Assembly: GCA_017449065.1 (NCBI GenBank)
Contig: JAFSKF010000037.1
Location: 11,596-75,595 of the forward strand
From: Bacteroidales bacterium
GTDB lineage: Bacteria; Bacteroidota; Bacteroidia; Bacteroidales; UBA3663
DNA length: 64,000 bases
Direction of reading: 5' to 3'
Positions 18,969 to 27,633 of this stretch are shown here, one piece after another (position 1 is the stretch's first letter; every line of letters begins with the position of its first letter). Made by a program: the position numbers and the translations under genes. The notes below the pieces were generated by a model. The model was given only the letters and a program-made list of their open reading frames with translations. It had not been told where the DNA came from and made no database searches.

Positions 18969-21155
18969 ATGAGCCAGTTAAGATTCGATGCTATCGAAAA
19001 GGCTTTTCAGAAAAAGGCCGTCGAAGTGGATGTTCCGGCAACGCGTCCGTCGGAATACTTTGGTGAACTTGTGTTCAATCGCGAGAAGATGCAGAAGTAC
19101 TTGGATGCCAAAACTCTCCATGCGTTGATTGATTGCATTGACAACGGCAAGCATCTCGACCGCAAGGTGGCCGATGGTGTTGCCGCAGGTATCAAGCAAT
19201 GGGCTATGGAACATGGCGTTACTCATTGCTGCCACTGGTTCCAGCCTCTGACAGAAACGACGGCTGAGAAGCACGATTCGTTTATGGAATACGACTGGAA
19301 GGGTGGTATGATCGAGGAATTTGAGGGTAAGAGCTTGGTTCAGCAGGAACCTGATGCTTCCAGTTTCCCGTCGGGCGGTATCCGTGCTACTTTCGAGGCA
19401 CGCGGTTATACGGCTTGGGATCCTACCAGCCCTGTGTTCATTCTCGACGACTGCCTTTGCATTCCTACCGTATTTATTTCCTATACGGGCGAAGCGCTCG
19501 ACAACAAGGCTCCTTTGAAGAAAGCGCTGAAGGCTGTCAACGATGCGGCTGTGCCGGTTTGTCAGCTTTTCGATAAGAATGTGACCAAAGTGACTTCCAA
19601 TCTGGGTTGGGAGCAGGAGTATTTCCTGGTGGATGATAACCTCTATAGCGCCCGTCCTGACCTGATGGCTACCGGTCGCACGCTGATGGGGCATGCTTCG
19701 AGCAAGAACCAGCAGATGGACGATCACTATTTTGGACAGATCCCGAGCCGCGTTCAGGCTTTCATGAAGGATCTGGAGATCATGGGCCATCGCTTGGGCA
19801 TTCCGATGAAGACCCGTCACAACGAGGTGGCTCCTAACCAGTTCGAGTTTGCGCCTATTTTCGGCGAAACCAACTTGGCTGTCGATCAGAATATGCTCAT
19901 TATGGGTGTGATGAAGCGTGTGGCTCGCAAACACGGGTTCCGTGTGCTGTTGCACGAAAAACCGTTCGAGGGCATCAACGGTTCGGGCAAGCACAACAAC
20001 TGGTCGCTCAGCACCAATACGGGTGTGATTCTCTATGCTCCGGGTAAGGATCCGATGAGCAACCTCCAGTTCGTCACTTTCTTTGTCAACACGCTCGAAG
20101 CTTTGCGTCGTCACGGAGCTTTGCTGAAGGCTTCTATCGCTTCGGCCACCAACGCCCACCGTCTGGGCGCCAACGAGGCTCCTCCGGCCATCATTTCGGC
20201 TTTCTTGGGCAAGACGATGACCGATGTGCTCCGCAAGCTGCTCACGGTTCCCGATGACACCGATATCGTGATTGCCGGCAAGCATGCCTACGATCTCGGA
20301 TTGGTCGAGATTCCTGAGATCTTCATCGATAACACCGATCGTAACCGCACTTCTCCGTTCGCCTTCACAGGCAACCGTTTCGAGTTCCGTGCTGTGGGTT
20401 CGAAGGCCAACTGCTCGTCGGCGATGACGACCCTGAACACGATGGTGGCCGAACAGCTCACCGATTTCAAGGTGGAAGTCGATAAGGAACTGGCTGCGGG
20501 TGCTTCCGTCAAAGTGGCTGTCATGAAGACCTTGAAGCCTATCATCGCCCGCATCATCGATACGGTTTGCTTCGATGGCAACGGTTATGCCGACACTTGG
20601 CCGAAGGAGGCACAGAAGCGAGGTCTGGATATCGAGCGCTGCGTGCCTAAGATGTTCCTCGAGAACGTGAAGCCCGATGCCGTTGCGATGTTCGAGAAGA
20701 TGGGTGTGTTCACTCAGTCGGAGCTGCATGCCCGCAACGAGGTGAAGTTCGAGACCTATGTGAAGCTGGTTCAGATTGAGGCGCGTGTATTGGGCGATCT
20801 TGCCATCAACCACATCATTCCGGCCGCTATCACCTATCAGTCAACGCTGCTCAAGAATGTGGCAATGGTGAAGAGCTTGTTCCCCACCGAGTGGGAGAAT
20901 CTTTCTTCGTCCGAAGTTTCGATCATCAAGAAGATTGCCGGCTATAATGCCGACATCAAGGCGAAGGTCGATGCAATGGTTGAGAAGCGCAAGGTGGCTA
21001 ACCGCATCGAGGATATGTACGAGAAAGCGATGGCTTATTACGAGATTGCTGAATCGTTTGCCGCCATCCGTCGTCCAATCGACAAACTGGAGGAAATCGT
21101 TGACGATAGCGTATGGCCGATGCCTAAGTATCGCGAACTCCTCTGGATCCGCTAA
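18969..21155 (+). CDS. glnA: Glutamine synthetase type III
   Basis: 728 aa; HWFQPLT..TAEKHD, EPDASSFPSGG.RATFEARGYTAWD, RHNEVAPNQFE, DRNRTSPFAFTGNRFEFR. Confidence 0.95.
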   Translation: MSQLRFDAIEKAFQKKAVEVDVPATRPSEYFGELVFNREKMQKYLDAKTLHALIDCIDNGKHLDRKVADGVAAGIKQWAMEHGVTHCCHWFQPLTETTAEKHDSFMEYDWKGGMIEEFEGKSLVQQEPDASSFPSGGIRATFEARGYTAWDPTSPVFILDDCLCIPTVFISYTGEALDNKAPLKKALKAVNDAAVPVCQLFDKNVTKVTSNLGWEQEYFLVDDNLYSARPDLMATGRTLMGHASSKNQQMDDHYFGQIPSRVQAFMKDLEIMGHRLGIPMKTRHNEVAPNQFEFAPIFGETNLAVDQNMLIMGVMKRVARKHGFRVLLHEKPFEGINGSGKHNNWSLSTNTGVILYAPGKDPMSNLQFVTFFVNTLEALRRHGALLKASIASATNAHRLGANEAPPAIISAFLGKTMTDVLRKLLTVPDDTDIVIAGKHAYDLGLVEIPEIFIDNTDRNRTSPFAFTGNRFEFRAVGSKANCSSAMTTLNTMVAEQLTDFKVEVDKELAAGASVKVAVMKTLKPIIARIIDTVCFDGNGYADTWPKEAQKRGLDIERCVPKMFLENVKPDAVAMFEKMGVFTQSELHARNEVKFETYVKLVQIEARVLGDLAINHIIPAAITYQSTLLKNVAMVKSLFPTEWENLSSSEVSIIKKIAGYNADIKAKVDAMVEKRKVANRIEDMYEKAMAYYEIAESFAAIRRPIDKLEEIVDDSVWPMPKYRELLWIR

Positions 21156-21177
21156 TCTCTCATTTTCTGCTATACAA

Positions 21178-21224
21178 ATCACACGCTGCCTGACGCAAGT
21201 CCGACAGCGTGTGATGCTTTTTTT
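21178..21224 (+). terminator. Terminator after glnA
   Basis: atcacacgctg...cagcgtgtgat followed by a T run. Confidence 0.8.
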
Positions 21225-21229
21225 TACTG

Positions 21230-21290
21230 CCCCGTTGGAGAAATTTTTTTTCCCAGTTAGAGAATAATTTTTTCTCAGTTAAGAAAAAAT
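21230..21290. repeat. Three degenerate 22-bp tandem units
   Basis: ccccgttggagaaatttttttt / cccagttagagaataatttttt / ctcagttaagaaaaaat starting at 21230, 21252, 21274. Confidence 0.65.
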
Positions 21291-21506
21291 CGGCATTGCG
21301 GAGAAAATCTTGTTCTGAAACTGCGTTAAAACCGAGTTTCAAATGTTAAAATGAACCTAAATCGGGGAGTTTTCAACGATTTTCTTGCTCGTTTGAAGGG
21401 AATCTTGTATTTTTGCGCAGAAATACTGACTTTTTGACAAACCAATTGCCTTCCTATTATATATAATAATGTGTAGGAGGCCCTAATAAAAACGCTAACT
21501 GAACCT

Positions 21507-23672
21507 ATGAAAAAAAGCGGAATCCTGACTCTCTTGAGTTTCCTGTTTGTGGCAACCTCGTTTGTGAACGTTCGTGCCGATGTTACCATACTGACCGATA
21601 GCGATCTGAACGGAGCGTACAAGAAGGTGTCCTATAGCCGAGGCTCTGTCCACGATCCGTCCATCATCTATGATACGATCTCGAATCCTTCACGACCTGC
21701 GTTCTATGTCTTCGGTTCTCACCTCGGATTCTGCAGAAATTCTTTGACCACCACCACTATTGGCGCCTGGCCATTGGAGATGGGTGGAGGAGAGTCTGAT
21801 AGATGTACGCTTTTTGCCGATACCACCGGCAAGCAAGTGGGTTATGCCAATGCCTACACCACCCATCAGGTGACGAAGGTAAAGAACTATTTAGGCGAGG
21901 AAGTGGCTTTCGGTAATTTCGATGCACACGGATGGCAATTCAAGGACTATAATGTTCAGGGCAATCAATGGGCGCCCGATATGGTGTATAATCCTACCAT
22001 GAAGAAGTGGCTGCTCTATATGTCGCTGAACGGCGACCATTGGTGCTCTTCCATCGTCTGCTTCTCGTCCGACAAAGTGACAGGGCCGTTCATCTATCAG
22101 GGTCCGGTAGTCTTCTCCGGTTTTCAGGGAACCTACGAGCACAATAGCTATGCCGCTGCTAACGATTGGCAGCACACCGATCTGGCCATCGCCACCGGAG
22201 CGACTTCGTTGCCTTCCCGTTATGCGAAAGGCGACAAGTGGGGCACCTATTGGCCGAACTGCATCGATCCTTGCGTGTTCTACGACGAAGAGGGGAAACT
22301 TTGGATGGCCTACGGTTCCTGGTCGGGCGGTATCTGGATGCTCGAACTGGACGAAACCACGGGTTTGCGCGACTATACCGTCACTTATCCTGTAATGTAT
22401 TCAAGCGGGTCGGATGCAGCCAATCAGACCTCCGATCCCTATTTCGGCAAGAAGATTGCAGGCGGCTATTATGTGAGCGGTGAAGGTTCGTACATCGAAC
22501 ACATCGGCAACTATTACTACCTCTTCATCAGCTACGGCTTCTTCTCGCCCGATGGCGGTTATGAGATGCGAATCTTCAGAAGTGAGCGTCCGGATGGTCC
22601 TTATGTGGATGCCAAGAATCTCTCGCCCGTCATGACTGCTTACAAGATGAATTACGGTCCTTCCGCTACGTTCAATGGAGGAATGAAGCTCATGGGCGGC
22701 TACCAATGGGATTTGATGCCAAAGGCAGAGATTGCACAGGGGCATAATTCCGCCTTCACCGATCGGGAAGGGCGTTCCTATGTGGTTTATCACACAAAGT
22801 TCAACGATGGGACACTCGGTCATGAGGTGCGTGTGCATCAGCTTTTCGTCAATCAGGATGGCTGGCTGGTGTCGGTTCCGTTCGAGTATCACAACGAAAC
22901 CGTCAGCCAGGCGCAGGTGGATAGCGAAGAATCGGTCGGAAACGAGGAGATTCCCGGCAACTATCAGCTGATAGCGCACAATTACAAAGTGAAATACGAT
23001 ACGATGGCCTATCAGAAGCCCGTCAATATTGTGTTGACGGCAAGTGCTGACGATCCCTATAGCGGAACCGTCTCTTCTACCTATACCTCCTATAGCGGTA
23101 CTTGGACGCGCATCAAAGGCACCGATCACGTGGAAATGAAATTGGGAAGTCTGATCTATCGGGGTGTGTTGACCCGTCAGACCGTCGATTATTCGAACAT
23201 TCCGGCTGTCTGCTTCTCCATCGTTTCCTCCACCGGACAGGGAACGACCGGAGCAACGGCTCAGCGTGAAATCTGGGGTGTGAAAGCCGATGCAAAGGCA
23301 GCCATCAAATACACGCTCGACAATCTGACCCTTCCGGTGAAAGATCAACAGGAAGTTACCTCCAATCTGTCTTTGCCGACAACGGGAAAACTGGGTGCGC
23401 TGGTAAGTTGGATTTCTTCCGACGAATCGGTGTTGACTTCGAAGGGTGTAGTGGCCGGTTCCGGTATCATTACCCTGACGCTGAATGTCGGTAAGGATGA
23501 GTATGCCTATCAGAAGGAATATACCCTGAAGGTGGGCGATTATATGAGTATTTCGGATGTGCAGGAAGATCCTGCCGCAGAACGTCCTGTTTATGACTTG
23601 TTGGGTCGCAAGGTGGATCGGGCTACACGAGGTATTTTCATAGTGGACGGCAAGAAAGTAATCATCAAATAG
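21507..23672 (+). CDS. Secreted GH43 glycoside hydrolase (arabinanase-like) with C-terminal beta and Ig-like domains and a T9SS-like tail
   Basis: VHDPSI, WAPD, IDPCVFYD, GEGSYI and GHNS propeller motifs; tail YDLLGRKV...GIFIVDGKKVIIK; TATTTTTG at 21408-21415. Confidence 0.88.
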   Translation: MKKSGILTLLSFLFVATSFVNVRADVTILTDSDLNGAYKKVSYSRGSVHDPSIIYDTISNPSRPAFYVFGSHLGFCRNSLTTTTIGAWPLEMGGGESDRCTLFADTTGKQVGYANAYTTHQVTKVKNYLGEEVAFGNFDAHGWQFKDYNVQGNQWAPDMVYNPTMKKWLLYMSLNGDHWCSSIVCFSSDKVTGPFIYQGPVVFSGFQGTYEHNSYAAANDWQHTDLAIATGATSLPSRYAKGDKWGTYWPNCIDPCVFYDEEGKLWMAYGSWSGGIWMLELDETTGLRDYTVTYPVMYSSGSDAANQTSDPYFGKKIAGGYYVSGEGSYIEHIGNYYYLFISYGFFSPDGGYEMRIFRSERPDGPYVDAKNLSPVMTAYKMNYGPSATFNGGMKLMGGYQWDLMPKAEIAQGHNSAFTDREGRSYVVYHTKFNDGTLGHEVRVHQLFVNQDGWLVSVPFEYHNETVSQAQVDSEESVGNEEIPGNYQLIAHNYKVKYDTMAYQKPVNIVLTASADDPYSGTVSSTYTSYSGTWTRIKGTDHVEMKLGSLIYRGVLTRQTVDYSNIPAVCFSIVSSTGQGTTGATAQREIWGVKADAKAAIKYTLDNLTLPVKDQQEVTSNLSLPTTGKLGALVSWISSDESVLTSKGVVAGSGIITLTLNVGKDEYAYQKEYTLKVGDYMSISDVQEDPAAERPVYDLLGRKVDRATRGIFIVDGKKVIIK

Positions 23673-23766
23673 ATGATTTGGCATATATAAGTGACAAACC
23701 AAACTTTTTTTTACATAGGTGGTGTTAATTGTAAACTGATTTGTTTGAGGCGTGTTAAATAATGTT

Positions 23767-23774
23767 TATATTTG
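23767..23774 (+). promoter_or_regulatory. -7 element at the head of the large PUL
   Basis: TATATTTG with upstream TTTG at about 23744. Confidence 0.6.
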
Positions 23775-23886
23775 CGCACCGAAAATATGCAAATCAGATA
23801 CAATAACTCCGTTTTTGCCTATTCTAATCTTGGTGACTAATTAACCGTGATAATTACGTGTCTTACTTATTAAATCTAACTTTATT

Positions 23887-26800
23887 ATGAAACAAAAACT
23901 ACTACTTGTTTCGGCAGTTATGCTCTTGATGAGCACATCTGCTTTTGCTGAATGGACCTTCCCGACTATTCCGGGTCAGCCCATTTCGACGGCTCTCACT
24001 CTTGACGAGTCTCCTACGGTTTACCTTTTCAACGTGGAGGCTAAGGGTTTTGCTGTGGGTGCTAATTCTTGGGGAACCCGCGCTTCTGTAGGTGCAACAG
24101 GCGATTCGCTGCGTCTGGTTCAGCAGGGTGAGGATTCCGGAGCCTATGGCATTTATGATTATCTGAAGAAGGCTTATTGGAGCCCGGATTCAAAGACCGG
24201 TATCTGGATTGATGGTACTCGTACCGGATGGGACGGTTGGTCGTTTATCGAAGTGGACGAAGCTGCTCATATCTATAAGATTGCGCATGCAGGCTTAGAT
24301 TTGGAAGCTACTTTGGGTTGCTCTGCTCTTGCTACTACAACTCCCGAGTTGTTCCTTTACAATCCGACAGAAATTGCAGAGGGTGCTGCTTTCTATGACA
24401 GTTGGAAGATTGTATCCAGTGCTGATTATAAGGTGGCTACGGAACAAATCGCTCTCTACTATGCCGCCGCATCTCTGAAGGCTGCCATCGATGATGCTAC
24501 TGCTAAGTATGCAGGCATCGACTTGAGCGCTCCTTTGGCTGTTTATAACAATGAGAACAGCACAAAGGAGGAGCTCCAGGATGCAGAAAAGTCAATCTCT
24601 GCCATTATTCAGGACTATGTGGATAATGTGCTTATCAACCAGGCTACTGTAGAGAATCCGGTAGAGGTTACTTCGAAGATTGCTTATGCTGACGGTTCTG
24701 CCATTACTAATTGGAGCCGTGTGTTCACGGGTGTCGGCACAACCGGTTCTTTGAGCAGCAATACTTGGTCAACAGAAGGCAGTTCTGACGGTACTAACGT
24801 GCTGACTCCATTCATCGAGACTTGGGTTGCCAAAGGAAGCACATTGTCCGATCAGCGCATGGCTCACGATACCGTACGAGTTAAGCCAGGTGCTTACAAG
24901 ATTACGGGCACTATCCGTATGTACAACGAATCGGGCGCTGAAAACATTTCCGGTGGTAGCCTGTTCGGTAACCTGAACAAGAAGACCATTGTGAATGATG
25001 AATTGAATGCCAACAAGACCAACGTTTCCGACGGCACCGAAGGCTACTTCACCTACAACAGCATGTTGGGTTACTATGCTCCTGAGGCTACGACTTATGC
25101 CATCGTTGCTGCTGATAGCGCCTTGACCTTCGGCTATATCTTGGAGGATGCTAACTTCAACTGGACCGCTTCGAAGAACTATCGCGTTTACTACTTGGGT
25201 GAGGCTGCTGAAGCATATCAGAAGGTGGTTGCTGAAACCGAGTTGGCACTTGCTAAGGTGGTTACCCTTGCCGATGCAGAAGCTACCGGAGATACGCCTA
25301 CCGATATTACCCAGTCGTTGGCAGAAGATTTGAACGAAGCTATTGCTGCTTATCAGGCAGGTGCTGATGTGAAGACTGCTTATGAGTCGCTGATCGCCAT
25401 TCAGCCGGCTGTTACTGAGAATATGGCTGCTTGGGCTAAGTTGCGTGCTGCAGAAGCCGATGCACAGGTCGTAGCTAACAACGATGATATTGTTGGTGAA
25501 GACAAGGATAATCTGCAGGCTTACTTGGGTAATGACGTCTTTGAGGCATTCTTCTATCTGGAGTTGACTACGGAAGAGGTTCTGAAGATGGCCGATTCTA
25601 TTGCTACCTTGAAGACTGCTGCTGTCGAAAACGGTTTGAAGCCAGGTTCTGTTTACGATCAGCTGGTGAACCCAGACTTCTCGAACGGAGCAACCGGTTG
25701 GAGCGGAAGTCCTACTGTTAAACAGAACTGCGGTGAGAAGTACGGCACCGGAGCCTTCGACGTATATCAGGAAATCGAGAACGCTCCTGTAGGCTGCTAC
25801 GAGATTGAAATGCAGGGCTTCTATCGCAAGTGGCGTAACGACGGTGGCGACAGCTACTCGTTCTACCAGTGGTATGATGAGGACGGTAAGGAGAAAACTC
25901 CTCACTACGATCCTTTGGCATACGTTTACTTGAACGATAACAAGACTCCTTTGAAGAGTATTTATGAGGAGCAGGTTATTTTGGGTACCCACACCGAAGA
26001 GACTACTGAATGGGACAAGTCTCCAATTCCAGTAAATGTAAGCGAAGAGAATCCTGAGGGCGATGTGGTGCTTTATGCTAACACCATGACTACCGCAGCC
26101 TTCGCATTCGGTTTGGATATGTATAAGGTATCTGCTTTCGGCTTGGTTGCCAAGAAGGGCGACAAGATGCGTATCGGCGTCAAGGGTGACCTCTTGGGCG
26201 GTGCTCACTGGGCAATCTTCGATAACTTCAAGCTCATCTATCAGGGCAAGAAGGTTGAAATCGTACAGCCGGAATTGCAGAAGGCTCTGGCAGGTCTGGA
26301 ACTGGGCAACAAGGTGGTAGGTAAGGAAGTGGCAGAGGCTGTCGCTACTGTGAAGACTGCCGCTGAAGCTGCTTTGGCAAGCAACGATGGTGCAACCATG
26401 TTCGATGCTTTGGCTGACATCTATGCTCTGAATGCTTCTATTGAGGCTTCTGTAGCTTTGTTCGATTCGCTGAATGCTAAGAAGACTGAAATCGAAGAGG
26501 CTTTGGGCGTTTATTCTGGAACCGCTACTGACGAGGCTATCAATGCCGCTTCGGATGTATATGGTAGAATTGAGGCAGGTATGGGCGAAGATGCCCGCTT
26601 CACCAACGAGGAAGCTCGCAAGGCGATGGCTGAAGCCGATGAGGCAATTGCTGCTTTGAAGATTCCTAAGGGCCTGAACGAAGCTTCTGACGAGAATCCT
26701 GTGGATCTTACCGATCTGCTTGCTACCCCAAGCTTCGAGAAGAACGGTACTAACTCCATCGAGGGTTGGAATACTACCAACGCTTCTGGTTACAACTTCG

Positions 26801-27471
26801 GTAACAACGATACTCAGAAGGCTGCTTTGGCTCTCGAATACTACCAGAAGACCTACAACCTCTATCAGGATGTGACCGGTCTGCCGGCAGGTACCTACAA
26901 GGTGGGCGTGAACGCTTTCTATCGCTACACAGATGCTGCTACCGACTATGCACGCTTCGCCGCTGACGAACACGGTTTGGCAACGATGTATGCAGTAGGT
27001 ACAGATTCTATTCCACAGGATATCCGCCTCATCACCAGCGACGGTGCTGCCGAAGCTCTGGGCGAGGGCGCTGAGAATACCTTCACCGACAATGACGGCG
27101 TTACCTTCAACATTCCTAACGATATGGTTTCTTCTGTAGCTTACTTCAAGGAAGGTCACTATCTGAACGAACTCATCGTGAAGGTTGGCGAAGACGGCAA
27201 GCTCCGCATTGGTGTTCAGCAGACCGAATCCGTAAACGGTGGCTGGCTGATCATGGATAGCTGGACATTGGTTTACTACGGTGCTAACAGCGCTAAGGAA
27301 GAAGGTCCTCTGACCTCTATCGAGGCTGTTGAAGAACTGACTTCTGCCAAGGCTGTAGAACTGTTCAGTGTAAGCGGTCAGCGTCTGAACAACTTCCAGC
27401 CAGGTCTGAACATCGTTCGTACTTACAATGCCAACGGCACTGTTAAGGTTCGCAAAGTTTACGTTAAGTAA
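23887..27471 (+). CDS. Large secreted non-catalytic modular protein (repeated CBM-like modules, helical linkers, T9SS-like tail)
   Basis: Signal peptide; recurring NP.F....GW ... W...DNF.L.Y.G modules; tail FSVSGQRLNNFQPGLNIV...KVYVK; no catalytic motif recognised. Confidence 0.75.
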   Translation: MKQKLLLVSAVMLLMSTSAFAEWTFPTIPGQPISTALTLDESPTVYLFNVEAKGFAVGANSWGTRASVGATGDSLRLVQQGEDSGAYGIYDYLKKAYWSPDSKTGIWIDGTRTGWDGWSFIEVDEAAHIYKIAHAGLDLEATLGCSALATTTPELFLYNPTEIAEGAAFYDSWKIVSSADYKVATEQIALYYAAASLKAAIDDATAKYAGIDLSAPLAVYNNENSTKEELQDAEKSISAIIQDYVDNVLINQATVENPVEVTSKIAYADGSAITNWSRVFTGVGTTGSLSSNTWSTEGSSDGTNVLTPFIETWVAKGSTLSDQRMAHDTVRVKPGAYKITGTIRMYNESGAENISGGSLFGNLNKKTIVNDELNANKTNVSDGTEGYFTYNSMLGYYAPEATTYAIVAADSALTFGYILEDANFNWTASKNYRVYYLGEAAEAYQKVVAETELALAKVVTLADAEATGDTPTDITQSLAEDLNEAIAAYQAGADVKTAYESLIAIQPAVTENMAAWAKLRAAEADAQVVANNDDIVGEDKDNLQAYLGNDVFEAFFYLELTTEEVLKMADSIATLKTAAVENGLKPGSVYDQLVNPDFSNGATGWSGSPTVKQNCGEKYGTGAFDVYQEIENAPVGCYEIEMQGFYRKWRNDGGDSYSFYQWYDEDGKEKTPHYDPLAYVYLNDNKTPLKSIYEEQVILGTHTEETTEWDKSPIPVNVSEENPEGDVVLYANTMTTAAFAFGLDMYKVSAFGLVAKKGDKMRIGVKGDLLGGAHWAIFDNFKLIYQGKKVEIVQPELQKALAGLELGNKVVGKEVAEAVATVKTAAEAALASNDGATMFDALADIYALNASIEASVALFDSLNAKKTEIEEALGVYSGTATDEAINAASDVYGRIEAGMGEDARFTNEEARKAMAEADEAIAALKIPKGLNEASDENPVDLTDLLATPSFEKNGTNSIEGWNTTNASGYNFGNNDTQKAALALEYYQKTYNLYQDVTGLPAGTYKVGVNAFYRYTDAATDYARFAADEHGLATMYAVGTDSIPQDIRLITSDGAAEALGEGAENTFTDNDGVTFNIPNDMVSSVAYFKEGHYLNELIVKVGEDGKLRIGVQQTESVNGGWLIMDSWTLVYYGANSAKEEGPLTSIEAVEELTSAKAVELFSVSGQRLNNFQPGLNIVRTYNANGTVKVRKVYVK

Positions 27472-27484
27472 ATAACTCTCCATA

Positions 27485-27530
27485 AAAGCACTGGGGTGGG
27501 CGCACCCATCCCAGTGCCTTTTCCTTTTTT
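27485..27530 (+). terminator. Intra-operon terminator/attenuator after the large secreted protein
   Basis: gcactggggtgg-gcgcac-ccatcccagtgc followed by a T-rich tract. Confidence 0.75.
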
Positions 27531-27633
27531 TATACCTTTATACTTGCCGGGGATAGCCCGGGACCTTACTCTGCCTGAGGGCAGCACTTATTTTGAATAT
27601 CCTAAAAACACTATAATAAATACTACCTTAGCA

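Noticed and set aside
10643-20813. Long antisense ORFs over sdhA, DUF1573, alaS and glnA (464, 356, 363, 611 aa)
   Set aside because: All lie opposite well-conserved genes; typical codon-bias artefacts.
24769-27483. 904-aa antisense ORF
   Set aside because: Shadow of the strongly codon-biased sense gene; no recognisable motifs and atypical composition.
27496-27633. Upstream GTG start for the first fasciclin gene
   Set aside because: It runs through the terminator; the lipoprotein signal peptide begins at ATG 27634.
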